Shown: positions 38,757 to 47,447 of the stretch, in pieces
How positions within the stretch are numbered: the first letter of the stretch is position 1
Layout of the letters: every line of letters begins with the position of its first letter
NCBI GenBank assembly: GCA_964497425.1
Contig: CAZCCR010000005.1
Coordinates: 206-64,205, forward strand
Direction of reading: 5' to 3'
DNA from: an uncultured Gaiellales bacterium
GTDB taxonomy: Bacteria > Actinomycetota > Thermoleophilia > BMS3ABIN01
Length of the DNA: 64,000 nt
Notes under the pieces: generated by a model
The model's database searches: none
Told to the model about the DNA's origin: nothing
Seen by the model: only the letters and a program-made list of their open reading frames with translations
Translations under genes and position numbers: made by a program

Positions 38757-39467
38757 ATGGAAGACCGGGTAAACGTAAAACAGAGACATTGGGTCTACAT
38801 CCTGCTCCACTGGCTGATAGTCAGCGTCGTCAGCCTGCTTGCCTTCACCGGTCTCTACATACACCGGCCCTTCTTCAGCCTCGGCTCCGCCGGGGAGCCG
38901 GTGCTTGTGATGTCGTGGATACGCTGGATCCATTTCATCGCTGCGGCCGTCCTGATAGAGACCGTCGCCATCCGGCTGGAACTGTCCTTCTTCTCGCACT
39001 TCGATGCCGACTGGAAGGACGTGGGTCCCAGCAGGAAGAACTTCAGGGCCCTGCCGGAAGCCGTATCCTACTACCTGTTCGCCAGGGATGACCATCGTTA
39101 CTGGCGGAAGCTGAACCCCATCATGAACACCATACTGATACCGATCGCCCTGCTTTTCTACCTGATCGCGATCCTGACGGGGTTCGCCCTCTTCCAGGGC
39201 TCATTCTTCTGGGGCCTGACGACAACCAATACCCTCTTCGGCTGGGTCTATTCGGTCTTCGGAGGCCAGCAGGCGACCAGGAACTGGCACTACTACCTGG
39301 TGTGGGTGTTCGCTATATACGCCGCGTTCCATGTATATCTCGCCATATTGCGGGCGACGAGGGAACGGGACAACACCTTCGGCAGCATGCTCAACGGGTG
39401 GAGACTGGTTCCGCGCAAGTATGCACCCATCAAGGGTGGTTCGGACAGGGAAGACAAGAGGAAGTGA
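38757..39467 (+). CDS. Ni/Fe-hydrogenase b-type cytochrome subunit
   Basis: About 236 aa, 4 TM helices, with conserved His/Trp (HWLIVS, WIHFIAA, YYLVWVF..FHVY). Start taken at ATG 38757, just after the extended large-subunit stop. Confidence 0.8.
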   Translation: MEDRVNVKQRHWVYILLHWLIVSVVSLLAFTGLYIHRPFFSLGSAGEPVLVMSWIRWIHFIAAAVLIETVAIRLELSFFSHFDADWKDVGPSRKNFRALPEAVSYYLFARDDHRYWRKLNPIMNTILIPIALLFYLIAILTGFALFQGSFFWGLTTTNTLFGWVYSVFGGQQATRNWHYYLVWVFAIYAAFHVYLAILRATRERDNTFGSMLNGWRLVPRKYAPIKGGSDREDKRK

Positions 39468-39482
39468 GGCTCAGAAGGACAG

Positions 39483-40031
39483 ATGTCCAGTATAGATGAA
39501 CTGGACGCCCCGGGACCAGGTCCCGGGGCGTCCCCCGGCATCGCAACATGTGACCTCCTGGTACTTGGTGTCGGCAACGTCATGATGGGAGACGAAGGCG
39601 TCGGCGTGAAGGTCGCCAGAAACCTCATCAAGGACTACGAGTTCCCGCCTGGCGTCGAGGTGGTGGACGGCGGCACCGGCGGACTCGCCCTGTTGTCATT
39701 TATCCTCCATGCCCGCGAGGTGCTGGTCATCGACGCAGTGGAAGCCGGAGCCGAGCCCGGGAGCATATTCATCTTTCCCGCCCGCAGCATACAGGAGCGC
39801 AAGGGCATCATGACCTCCCTTCACGATATGGGGATCCTCGACGTCCTCAGCACCGCCGGGCTCCTGGGCGGCAACCCCCCCGCCACCGTCATAGGCGTAC
39901 AACCGGCTAAGATGGACGAATTCGGCGGCGGTCTCTCTCCCCGGGTGGCGAACAAGATACCGCGGGTGACCGAACTCGTGCTTGAGCACCTGGAAAAAGC
40001 CGGCCATCCGGCCCGGGCAAAAGGAAGCTAG
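39483..40031 (+). CDS. hyaD: Hydrogenase maturation endopeptidase (HyaD/HybD family)
   Basis: LVLGVGNVMMGDEGVGV...DGGTGG...VIDAV is the family signature. Confidence 0.8.
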   Translation: MSSIDELDAPGPGPGASPGIATCDLLVLGVGNVMMGDEGVGVKVARNLIKDYEFPPGVEVVDGGTGGLALLSFILHAREVLVIDAVEAGAEPGSIFIFPARSIQERKGIMTSLHDMGILDVLSTAGLLGGNPPATVIGVQPAKMDEFGGGLSPRVANKIPRVTELVLEHLEKAGHPARAKGS

Positions 40032-40035
40032 TACC

Positions 40036-40377
40036 TTGCACGAGTACGCCGTCACCGAGAGCATCCTGAAGATAGTGCATGAGGAAGCCGGCAAGGCCGG
40101 TGGAGAGCGCGTCGAGAGCGTCACCATAGTCATCGGCGAGCTGTCCACCTTCGTGGACCAGTCCATCGAGTTCTATTTTCAGGCTCTTTCACAAGGAACT
40201 GTCGCCGAAGGGGCCCGGCTCATCTTCGAGAAGGTGAAGGCAAGGGCCGTCTGCGGTGACTGCGGCAAGGAATTCGAGCCCAGCCGCGTCTGCCTTACCT
40301 GCCCCCGATGCCATTCGCCCTTATTCGAGGTAAAGCAGGGCAGGGAGCTTTATATCGACAACCTGGAGATACACTGA
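40036..40377 (+). CDS. hypA: Hydrogenase nickel-incorporation protein HypA
   Basis: Begins MHEYAVTESIL from a TTG start. Zn-finger CGDCG...CPRC. Confidence 0.8.
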   Translation: MHEYAVTESILKIVHEEAGKAGGERVESVTIVIGELSTFVDQSIEFYFQALSQGTVAEGARLIFEKVKARAVCGDCGKEFEPSRVCLTCPRCHSPLFEVKQGRELYIDNLEIH

Positions 40378-40399
40378 CACCGGGAAGGGATGACTGAGC

Positions 40400-41053
40400 A
40401 TGAGGATCGATGTCAAGAAGAATATCCTGGAGAGCAACGATGCCCTGGCCGCCGCCAACCGCGAGAGATTGAAGCGACATGGCGCCAGCATGCTGAACCT
40501 GATGGCCTCCCCCGGCGCCGGCAAGACCAGCGTCATCATCAAGGCCATCGAAGGCGCTGCCGGCGACCCCGCCATTGCCGTCATCGAGGGAGACATCGCT
40601 TCCGAGATCGATTCCCTTGCCATCGAGGCCCTGGATATCCCCGCCATCCAGATAAACACGGGTGGGTCGTGCCACCTGACAGCGTCCATGATCGGTGCGG
40701 CCCTCGACCATCTGGACCTGGATGCCCTGGATATCATCATCATCGAGAACGTGGGCAACCTGGTCTGTCCCGCCGAGTTCGACCTTGGGGAGGATTTCCG
40801 GGTGATGATCTCCAGCATCGCCGAAGGACACGACAAGCCATACAAGTACCCCCTGATGTTCCGTGAAGTGGACGCGGTGCTGGTGAACAAGATCGACCTG
40901 GCCCCCTTCTGCGACTTCGACATGGGCCAGTTCCGCCGCGTCGTGGGCGAACTCAACCCCGAGGCGGCCATCATCGAGATGTCATGCACGGAGGGACAGG
41001 GCACGGATGAATGGAGCCGCTGGCTCTCGGGGATCTCAGCCACGGTCAGATAG
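40400..41053 (+). CDS. hypB: Hydrogenase nickel-incorporation GTPase HypB
   Basis: P-loop SPGAGKTS; ENVGNLVCP; NKIDL. Confidence 0.9.
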   Translation: MRIDVKKNILESNDALAAANRERLKRHGASMLNLMASPGAGKTSVIIKAIEGAAGDPAIAVIEGDIASEIDSLAIEALDIPAIQINTGGSCHLTASMIGAALDHLDLDALDIIIIENVGNLVCPAEFDLGEDFRVMISSIAEGHDKPYKYPLMFREVDAVLVNKIDLAPFCDFDMGQFRRVVGELNPEAAIIEMSCTEGQGTDEWSRWLSGISATVR

Positions 41054-41098
41054 TCGTTTCGAGTCCGGGCGCCAAGGCCCGGGAATACGGGGAAAGGG

Positions 41099-43465
41099 AT
41101 GTCAGCCACTGAGCAGTCCACAACCGGGAATGTCCGCTTCGCGGTCTCCGTCACCGGGGTCGTACAGGGGGTCGGTTTCCGTCCCTTCATCCACCAGCTG
41201 GCCACGGACAGCGGGCTGGCCGGTTTCGTGCTCAACACGTCCGGAGGCGTGACCATCGAGGTCGAGGGCTTACGGGACCGGATCGACGGTTTCATCACCG
41301 GTATCCGCGAGAAGGCTCCTCCCCTGGCCCGCATCACCGATATCAGTGTCGAGCCTGTCAAGGCCAGGGGTGGCGACGGTTTCTCCATCCTGCCATCCAC
41401 CGCCCAGCCGGGACAGCGCCAGCTGGTGAGCCCCGACAGCTGCACCTGCGACCTCTGCCTGGAGGAGATGCGTGACCCCGGCGACCGCCGCTACCGCTAT
41501 CCTTTCATCAACTGCACCAACTGCGGTCCCCGTTTCACCATCATCGAGGGTCTCCCCTACGACCGGCCCCTGACGACCATGCGCAAGTTCACCATGTGCC
41601 CCCAGTGCCTGTCCGAGTATGAGGACCCCGGCGACCGCCGTTTCCACGCCGAGCCCAACGCCTGTCCCAGCTGCGGGCCCAGCCTCTGGCTGGAGGACGG
41701 CTCCGGGACGATGGTGCCTGTCCGGGACGCCATCGAAGAGTCTGCGGCCGCTCTGTCCCGGGGACAGATAGTGGCCATCAAGGGCCTGGGCGGGTTCCAG
41801 CTGGCATGCCTGGCAACGGACGAGGAAGCCGTCAGACGCCTGCGGAGGCGCAAGCACCGGCCGCACAAGCCGTTCGCTCTCATGTCCGGCAGTGTGGAGG
41901 ATGTCTCCCTTTACTGCCGGATGTCCCCTGAAGAGGAAGAACTGCTGGCCTCCCCCCAGCGCCCTATCGTGCTGCTGGAGTCGCTCCCGGACAACGGCAT
42001 AGCAGCCTCCGTCGCCCCGGCGCTGGACCACCTCGGTTTCATGCTGCCCTGTACCCCCCTGCACTTCCTGTTGACGGACTCGGCGCCGGGTCCACTGGTG
42101 ATGACCAGCGGTAATATCAGCGATGAACCCATCTGCCGTACCAACACGGAGGCTGTCAGCAGGCTGAGCGGCATCGCCGACCTGTTCCTTCTGCATAACC
42201 GGGGGATACGTTCTACCTATGACGACAGTGTCGTGATGGTCGAGCAGGGCAGGACGGTGATGCTCCGGCGGGCAAGGGGTTACGCGCCGCTGCCGGTCAA
42301 ACTTCCCCATGGGTCGGGAGATACCATCCTCGCCACCGGCGCCGACCTCAAGAGCAGCTTCAGCCTCACGGTGGGTGACGACTGTTTCGTCTCCCAGCAC
42401 ATCGGTGACCTGGACAACGCCGAGACCCTCTTCCATCTGGAATATACCGAATCCCTCTACGAACAGCTCTTTCAGGCCCCGCCATCCCGTTTTGCCTGTG
42501 ACCGCCATCCCGGTTACCTCTCTTCCGCCTACTGTCTGGAACACTCCCCCTCGCCGCTGAAGATCCAGCATCACCGGGCTCATGTTGCTTCATGCCTTGC
42601 CGACAACGGCTGCTCCGGCGACGCGATCGGGGTGGCTATGGACGGCACCGGCTTCGGTGACGACGGCAGCATCTGGGGCGGCGAGTTCTTTACCGGCAGT
42701 ATCGCCGGCGGATTCGACCGCGCCGCACAGATCCAGGGTTTCCCCCTGCTGGGCGGTGAAGCAGCCATCCACGAACCCTGGCGTACCTCCCTGGCCCTTG
42801 TCTGGAAACATTCATCGGAGAACCTCGATCCCATAGCCGAACGTTTCCGCCTGGCCGGTCCAAGGAAGAAGCTACTGCTCAGGCAGCTGGAGGGAGGACT
42901 CAACTGCCCCACCACATCCAGCTGCGGCCGGCTGTTCGACGCCGTAGCAGCTCTGGCCCTGGGACGCACCGAGGTGAGTTTCGAGGCGCAGGCCGCCATG
43001 GAACTGGAGGTCGCCGCAAGGCGCTGCGCCGCCGCCGAAGGCGGCGGCGCAGCGCCCCCGTCCCTTTCAGAGTCCCTGCCCTACCGTCTCTCCCTGGACC
43101 GGCGGCCGGCCGTCTGGCGGCTCTCTCCTTCCCGCCTTGTCGCCCGGTTGATCGATGACCTTTTGTCGGACAAGGACCCCGGTTATATCGCCCTGCAGTT
43201 CCATCTTGCCCTCGCTGACGGCATCGTCCGCGTCTGCCGTCACCTGTCGGAGCGGAACGGACTCAATTCCGTCGCCCTTAGCGGTGGCTGCTTTCAAAAC
43301 AGATTACTGCTGCGCCTGGTATGCGCCGGACTCGAGCAAAACTCGCTTACGCCGCTACTTCACCGCCAGGTGCCTCCCAATGACGGTGGCATCACCCTGG
43401 GCCAGGCGGCGATCGCCGCCTGCGCGGACAAGGACCTTTCTTCTGGAAAGTCCTCTCCGAAATGA
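41099..43465 (+). CDS. hypF: Carbamoyltransferase HypF
   Basis: 788 aa. Acylphosphatase domain; two CxxC...CxxC Zn fingers; YrdC domain; Kae1-like carbamoyltransferase domain. Confidence 0.9.
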   Translation: MSATEQSTTGNVRFAVSVTGVVQGVGFRPFIHQLATDSGLAGFVLNTSGGVTIEVEGLRDRIDGFITGIREKAPPLARITDISVEPVKARGGDGFSILPSTAQPGQRQLVSPDSCTCDLCLEEMRDPGDRRYRYPFINCTNCGPRFTIIEGLPYDRPLTTMRKFTMCPQCLSEYEDPGDRRFHAEPNACPSCGPSLWLEDGSGTMVPVRDAIEESAAALSRGQIVAIKGLGGFQLACLATDEEAVRRLRRRKHRPHKPFALMSGSVEDVSLYCRMSPEEEELLASPQRPIVLLESLPDNGIAASVAPALDHLGFMLPCTPLHFLLTDSAPGPLVMTSGNISDEPICRTNTEAVSRLSGIADLFLLHNRGIRSTYDDSVVMVEQGRTVMLRRARGYAPLPVKLPHGSGDTILATGADLKSSFSLTVGDDCFVSQHIGDLDNAETLFHLEYTESLYEQLFQAPPSRFACDRHPGYLSSAYCLEHSPSPLKIQHHRAHVASCLADNGCSGDAIGVAMDGTGFGDDGSIWGGEFFTGSIAGGFDRAAQIQGFPLLGGEAAIHEPWRTSLALVWKHSSENLDPIAERFRLAGPRKKLLLRQLEGGLNCPTTSSCGRLFDAVAALALGRTEVSFEAQAAMELEVAARRCAAAEGGGAAPPSLSESLPYRLSLDRRPAVWRLSPSRLVARLIDDLLSDKDPGYIALQFHLALADGIVRVCRHLSERNGLNSVALSGGCFQNRLLLRLVCAGLEQNSLTPLLHRQVPPNDGGITLGQAAIAACADKDLSSGKSSPK

Positions 43466-43496
43466 TATATGGTCATAGGAACAACGGAGGCGTCCC

Positions 43497-43730
43497 ATGT
43501 GCCTGGCAGTCCCGGCGAGGATAACCAAGATCGACGACCAGATGGCCACCGTCGAGGTGGGCGGGATAACCCGTGATGCTTCTACCGTCCTCCTGCCCGA
43601 TGCAGGCGTCGGCGACTATGTATTGATACACGCCGGCTTCGCCATCTCCCTCGTTGACGAGGACGAGGCCCTTGAGACCATCAGGCTGTTCGACGAGATG
43701 GCCGCCGCCGGCGACACCGATCCGGACTGA
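43497..43730 (+). CDS. hypC: Hydrogenase assembly chaperone HypC
   Basis: 77 aa starting MCLAVP. Confidence 0.85.
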   Translation: MCLAVPARITKIDDQMATVEVGGITRDASTVLLPDAGVGDYVLIHAGFAISLVDEDEALETIRLFDEMAAAGDTDPD

Positions 43731-43734
43731 GACC

Positions 43735-44823
43735 ATGCCCCTCACCTTTCTCGACGATTTCCGCAGCGCTCCCCACGTCCAGCGCATGCTCCAGGAGCTG
43801 GACGGCCACACCGGCCTGGAGCTGAAGATCATGGAGGTCTGTGGCACCCATACCATGGCCATCTCCCGCCATGGCATCCGCCAGGCGGTGCCGGAAGGAA
43901 TCACCCTCATATCAGGGCCCGGCTGTCCCGTCTGCGTCACCGCCAACGCCGATATCGACCGATTCATCGAGACGGCCCTCATACCCGGCGTCATCGCCGC
44001 TTCCTTCGGCGACATGCTGCGGGTGCCCGGAACCAGGATGGGCCTGGCGGAAGCACGCAGCCACGGCGCCGACGTGCGCATCGTCTACTCCCCCCTGGAT
44101 GCCCTCGCCATGGCGCGCGACAACCCGGGCCGCGACGTGGTCTTCTTCGGCGTCGGCTTCGAGACCACGGCGCCCACGGTAGCCGCCACGGTGATGGCGG
44201 CTCGGGAGCAGGGCCTGGACAACTTCTACATCCAGCCGGTACACAAGCTGGTCCCTCCCGCCCTGGAGGCCCTCTGCGCCCTTCCCCGGCTGGCCATCGA
44301 CGCCTTCCTCTGTCCCGGTCACGTCAGCGCCATCATCGGGCCCGGTGCCTATGAGGCGATCGCGTCGGAACATGAGGTCCCCTGCGTCATCGCCGGCTTC
44401 GAACCTGTGGATATACTTCAGGCCCTGTCCATGCTGGCTGTGCAGGTCGAAAGCGGCCGCGCCGATGTCGAGCTGCAATACACACGGGGTGTCAGGGCCG
44501 CGGGCAACCCGGAGGCGATGGCGCTCATGTACCAGGTATTCGAGACCGCCGACGCGGAGTGGCGCGGGCTGGGGACCATCCCCGGCAGCGGTCTGGTTCT
44601 CAGGGAAGAGTACTCCGGCTTCGACGCCGGCGTGCACTATCAGGTTGATACCAGCTACTCTCGCGAGCCCAGGGGATGCATCTGCGGTGAGATACTGACC
44701 GGCCTGAAGACGCCGCGGCAATGCGGCCTGTTCCGCAAGGCTTGCGACCCGGATCACCCGGTTGGGCCGTGCATGGTATCCTCCGAGGGCACCTGCGCCG
44801 CCTATTTCCAGTATGAAGACTGA
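43735..44823 (+). CDS. hypD: Hydrogenase maturation factor HypD
   Basis: CGTHT, GPGCPVCV and FGVGFETTAPT motifs. ATG at 43735; the ORF track extends it upstream to 43654. Confidence 0.9.
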   Translation: MPLTFLDDFRSAPHVQRMLQELDGHTGLELKIMEVCGTHTMAISRHGIRQAVPEGITLISGPGCPVCVTANADIDRFIETALIPGVIAASFGDMLRVPGTRMGLAEARSHGADVRIVYSPLDALAMARDNPGRDVVFFGVGFETTAPTVAATVMAAREQGLDNFYIQPVHKLVPPALEALCALPRLAIDAFLCPGHVSAIIGPGAYEAIASEHEVPCVIAGFEPVDILQALSMLAVQVESGRADVELQYTRGVRAAGNPEAMALMYQVFETADAEWRGLGTIPGSGLVLREEYSGFDAGVHYQVDTSYSREPRGCICGEILTGLKTPRQCGLFRKACDPDHPVGPCMVSSEGTCAAYFQYED

Positions 44824-45829
44824 CGGGGGTGAAAAGGTCCTGCTGGCTCATGGCAGCGGCGGCCGCCTGACCCAGGAGCTGATCCGGTCCCGCTTCAGCC
44901 CCGCTCTGTCCAACCCCATCCTCGACCGCATGGAGGATTCCGCCACCATCGAGGCGCAGGGCAGGCTGGCCTTCACCATCGACAGCCATGTGGTCTCCCC
45001 ACTCTTCTTCCCCGGCGGTGATATCGGCCGCCTTTCCATCACCGGCACCGTCAACGACCTGGCCATGGCCGGCGCCCGGCCCCTTTACATCTCAGCCGGG
45101 TTCATCATCGAGGAGGGCCTGGGCCATAAGGAACTGGCACGCGTCGTCTCATCCATGAGCGGGGCCGCAGCGGAAGCCCGTGTCGATGTCGTCGCCGGTG
45201 ATACCAAGGTGGTGGAACGCGGCGCTGCGGATGGACTTTTCATCACCACCAGCGGTATCGGCATCATCCCCGACGGCGTCCGCCTCTCCGCCTCAGCCGT
45301 CTGCCCGGGAGACGCTGTCATCGTCAGCGGCACCATCGGCGACCACGGCGTCGCCATTCTCAGCCGGCGGCAGGGTATGGATTTCGAGGCGCCGGTAAGC
45401 AGTGACTGCGCTCCCCTCAACGACCTGGTGGAAGTGATGTTGGGAGCTTCCGGGAAGATACATGCTCTCAGGGACCCCACCAGGGGAGGCCTGGCGGCAA
45501 TACTCAACGAGATCGCCACCGCCTCTTCCGTAGCCATCGAGGTGGACGAGGGACTCATACCATACCGCTCAGAGGTCAGGGCCGCCTGCGAGCTGCTGGG
45601 ACTGGACCCCATGGTTCTGGCCAACGAAGGGAAACTGGTGGCCTTCGTCGCCGAGCAGGACGCCGGCAAGGTGCTGCGCGCGATGAAGGCACATGATCAT
45701 GGAACAGAGGCGGCCGTTATCGGAAGGGTGGAAAAGGCCGACAGGCCGCGGGTCTATGTGCGCACCCTGCTGGGCAGCCGCCGCGTCCTGGCCATGCCCA
45801 GCGGCGAACAATTGCCCCGCATCTGCTGA
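44813..45829 (+). CDS. hypE: Hydrogenase maturation factor HypE
   Basis: PurM-like fold with a C-terminal PRIC motif. ATG at 44813 overlaps the hypD stop. Confidence 0.9.
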   Translation: MKTDGGEKVLLAHGSGGRLTQELIRSRFSPALSNPILDRMEDSATIEAQGRLAFTIDSHVVSPLFFPGGDIGRLSITGTVNDLAMAGARPLYISAGFIIEEGLGHKELARVVSSMSGAAAEARVDVVAGDTKVVERGAADGLFITTSGIGIIPDGVRLSASAVCPGDAVIVSGTIGDHGVAILSRRQGMDFEAPVSSDCAPLNDLVEVMLGASGKIHALRDPTRGGLAAILNEIATASSVAIEVDEGLIPYRSEVRAACELLGLDPMVLANEGKLVAFVAEQDAGKVLRAMKAHDHGTEAAVIGRVEKADRPRVYVRTLLGSRRVLAMPSGEQLPRIC

Positions 45830-45871
45830 AGGTACCGCCATACCGGCGGAAGCCCGCATCACCTCCATCCG

Positions 45872-47419
45872 CTACACGCCCACCTCGAACAGCTGCACCG
45901 CCGCAGGATATGGCTCACCATGGGAGCGGTCCTGATAGGTGCGGCCCTTGATTCCCACCAGCACCGGCTCCGTCAGCGCCTTCAGGCCGCTTCTGTCCTC
46001 CAGGGGCAGGGTATGTGAATAATAGACCCGCCGCCCGCTGTCGGCATATCCTGTCATCTGCTCCCGCCAGCTGCGCGGCACCACCGACACTATCTCCAGG
46101 TCCGGCCTTTGCCCGTCGACCTTCTGGGCGTAGAGCAGCGCCGTGTAGCTCTCCCAGTCCGCCAGGACCACGGCGCCCTCATCCGCCTCCCTCATCACCA
46201 TGTCCGTATACTCCCTGGTCGTCACGTCGTTGCTGTGGTCTACGAAGTCCCATATGCGCCCCTGGCTGACCCCCAGCACCAGCACGCCCAGGTATATGGC
46301 AGCGGCGACCGCCGCTACAGCTGTGCCAAAGCGCGCCAGGTCCATTACCTCCGCCGCACGCAGGATGAGGAACACGGAGAACGCCACCCAGATGGAGAAA
46401 TACAGGAGCATGGGCATGTAATACTGGGTGAATTGCTGGCTCATGGCAAAGACGAAGAACATGTGCGCCACCATCCCCCCCGCCAGGAACAGCAGCCAGC
46501 GCCGAAGCGGCCGGAGCGACCTCAGTACCGGCGGGTAGAGCAGCAGGACGGCCGGACCGAAGACGAGGAAGGCATAGGAGGGGTAATAACCCTTCCGCAC
46601 CACCTGTGACAGGGCTGCTTTCAACTCGCTCTCTTCCGGGAAGGAGAAGGAGCCGTGGCCCGTGGGCCGCGTGTCACTGACCGAGACGAAATCATAGAAG
46701 GACCTGACCGAATCGACCCTGCTGTAGCGGATGGGCGGATCGGCGGCGCTCCTGAGCGGCAGGTAGGCATAAAAGGCGAAGCCCAGGGCGAAGAGAAGGA
46801 GCGTCAGCAGCAGGGGCCGGAGCGCCAGCAGCTTCCGCCAGGGCCCCAGCAGGAGCACCCCCGCCAGCAGCACCGGCAGGAAGAGTCCCAGGCTGGGGTG
46901 CCAGGTCAGCCCCAGGCCGAAAAGGAACGCCCCGCCGTATACCGGTCCCAGGTCCCCCCTCCTCTGCCAGAGCAGCAGCAGGATCAGCAGCACGGTTATC
47001 ATCAGCACCACGCCGCTGTAGGGCTGCGCCAGGGATGAATAGGACCACCACTGGGCGGCTACCATCAGGGAGACGGCGCCGATGGCGGCCGGCAACACCT
47101 TTCCCAGCAGCATCAGGGCGAACACATAGAATGTGACGACACCGGCGGCTCCGACCAGCACTGAAAGGTAGTTGACCCTCTCCGGGACGCTGCCCAGGGG
47201 CACCAGGCTCAGCAGCCAGCCGAGGAAGGTAAAGGAGGGGGAGCCGGGGTTATGGCTCAGCCCCAGCGTCGCCGCCCCTCCCTGCCAGTCGGCGATGTCG
47301 TGAGCGAGGATGTCCGGAGCCAGGGTGATGGTATAGAGTACGAGCGCCGTCAGCCCCAGAACTGCGCCGACGATGATCTCCGGCCGTTGCCAGCCCTTTC
47401 TGTCAGCACTCGCTTCCAT
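45872..47419 (-). CDS. DUF2723-family polytopic membrane protein (GT-C-like putative glycosyltransferase)
   Basis: 515 aa, more than 10 TM helices. LGLSHNPGSPSF resembles the DUF2723 (A/S)HPPGYP motif. Confidence 0.6.
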   Translation of the reverse strand: MEASADRKGWQRPEIIVGAVLGLTALVLYTITLAPDILAHDIADWQGGAATLGLSHNPGSPSFTFLGWLLSLVPLGSVPERVNYLSVLVGAAGVVTFYVFALMLLGKVLPAAIGAVSLMVAAQWWSYSSLAQPYSGVVLMITVLLILLLLWQRRGDLGPVYGGAFLFGLGLTWHPSLGLFLPVLLAGVLLLGPWRKLLALRPLLLTLLLFALGFAFYAYLPLRSAADPPIRYSRVDSVRSFYDFVSVSDTRPTGHGSFSFPEESELKAALSQVVRKGYYPSYAFLVFGPAVLLLYPPVLRSLRPLRRWLLFLAGGMVAHMFFVFAMSQQFTQYYMPMLLYFSIWVAFSVFLILRAAEVMDLARFGTAVAAVAAAIYLGVLVLGVSQGRIWDFVDHSNDVTTREYTDMVMREADEGAVVLADWESYTALLYAQKVDGQRPDLEIVSVVPRSWREQMTGYADSGRRVYYSHTLPLEDRSGLKALTEPVLVGIKGRTYQDRSHGEPYPAAVQLFEVGV

Positions 47420-47447
47420 CTCTCAGGCCGCCGGCGGGCGGCACGGC

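Noticed and set aside
41270-42583. 437-aa ORF on the minus strand
   Set aside because: Antisense to hypF, whose reading frame shows conserved Zn-finger, YrdC and Kae1 motifs.
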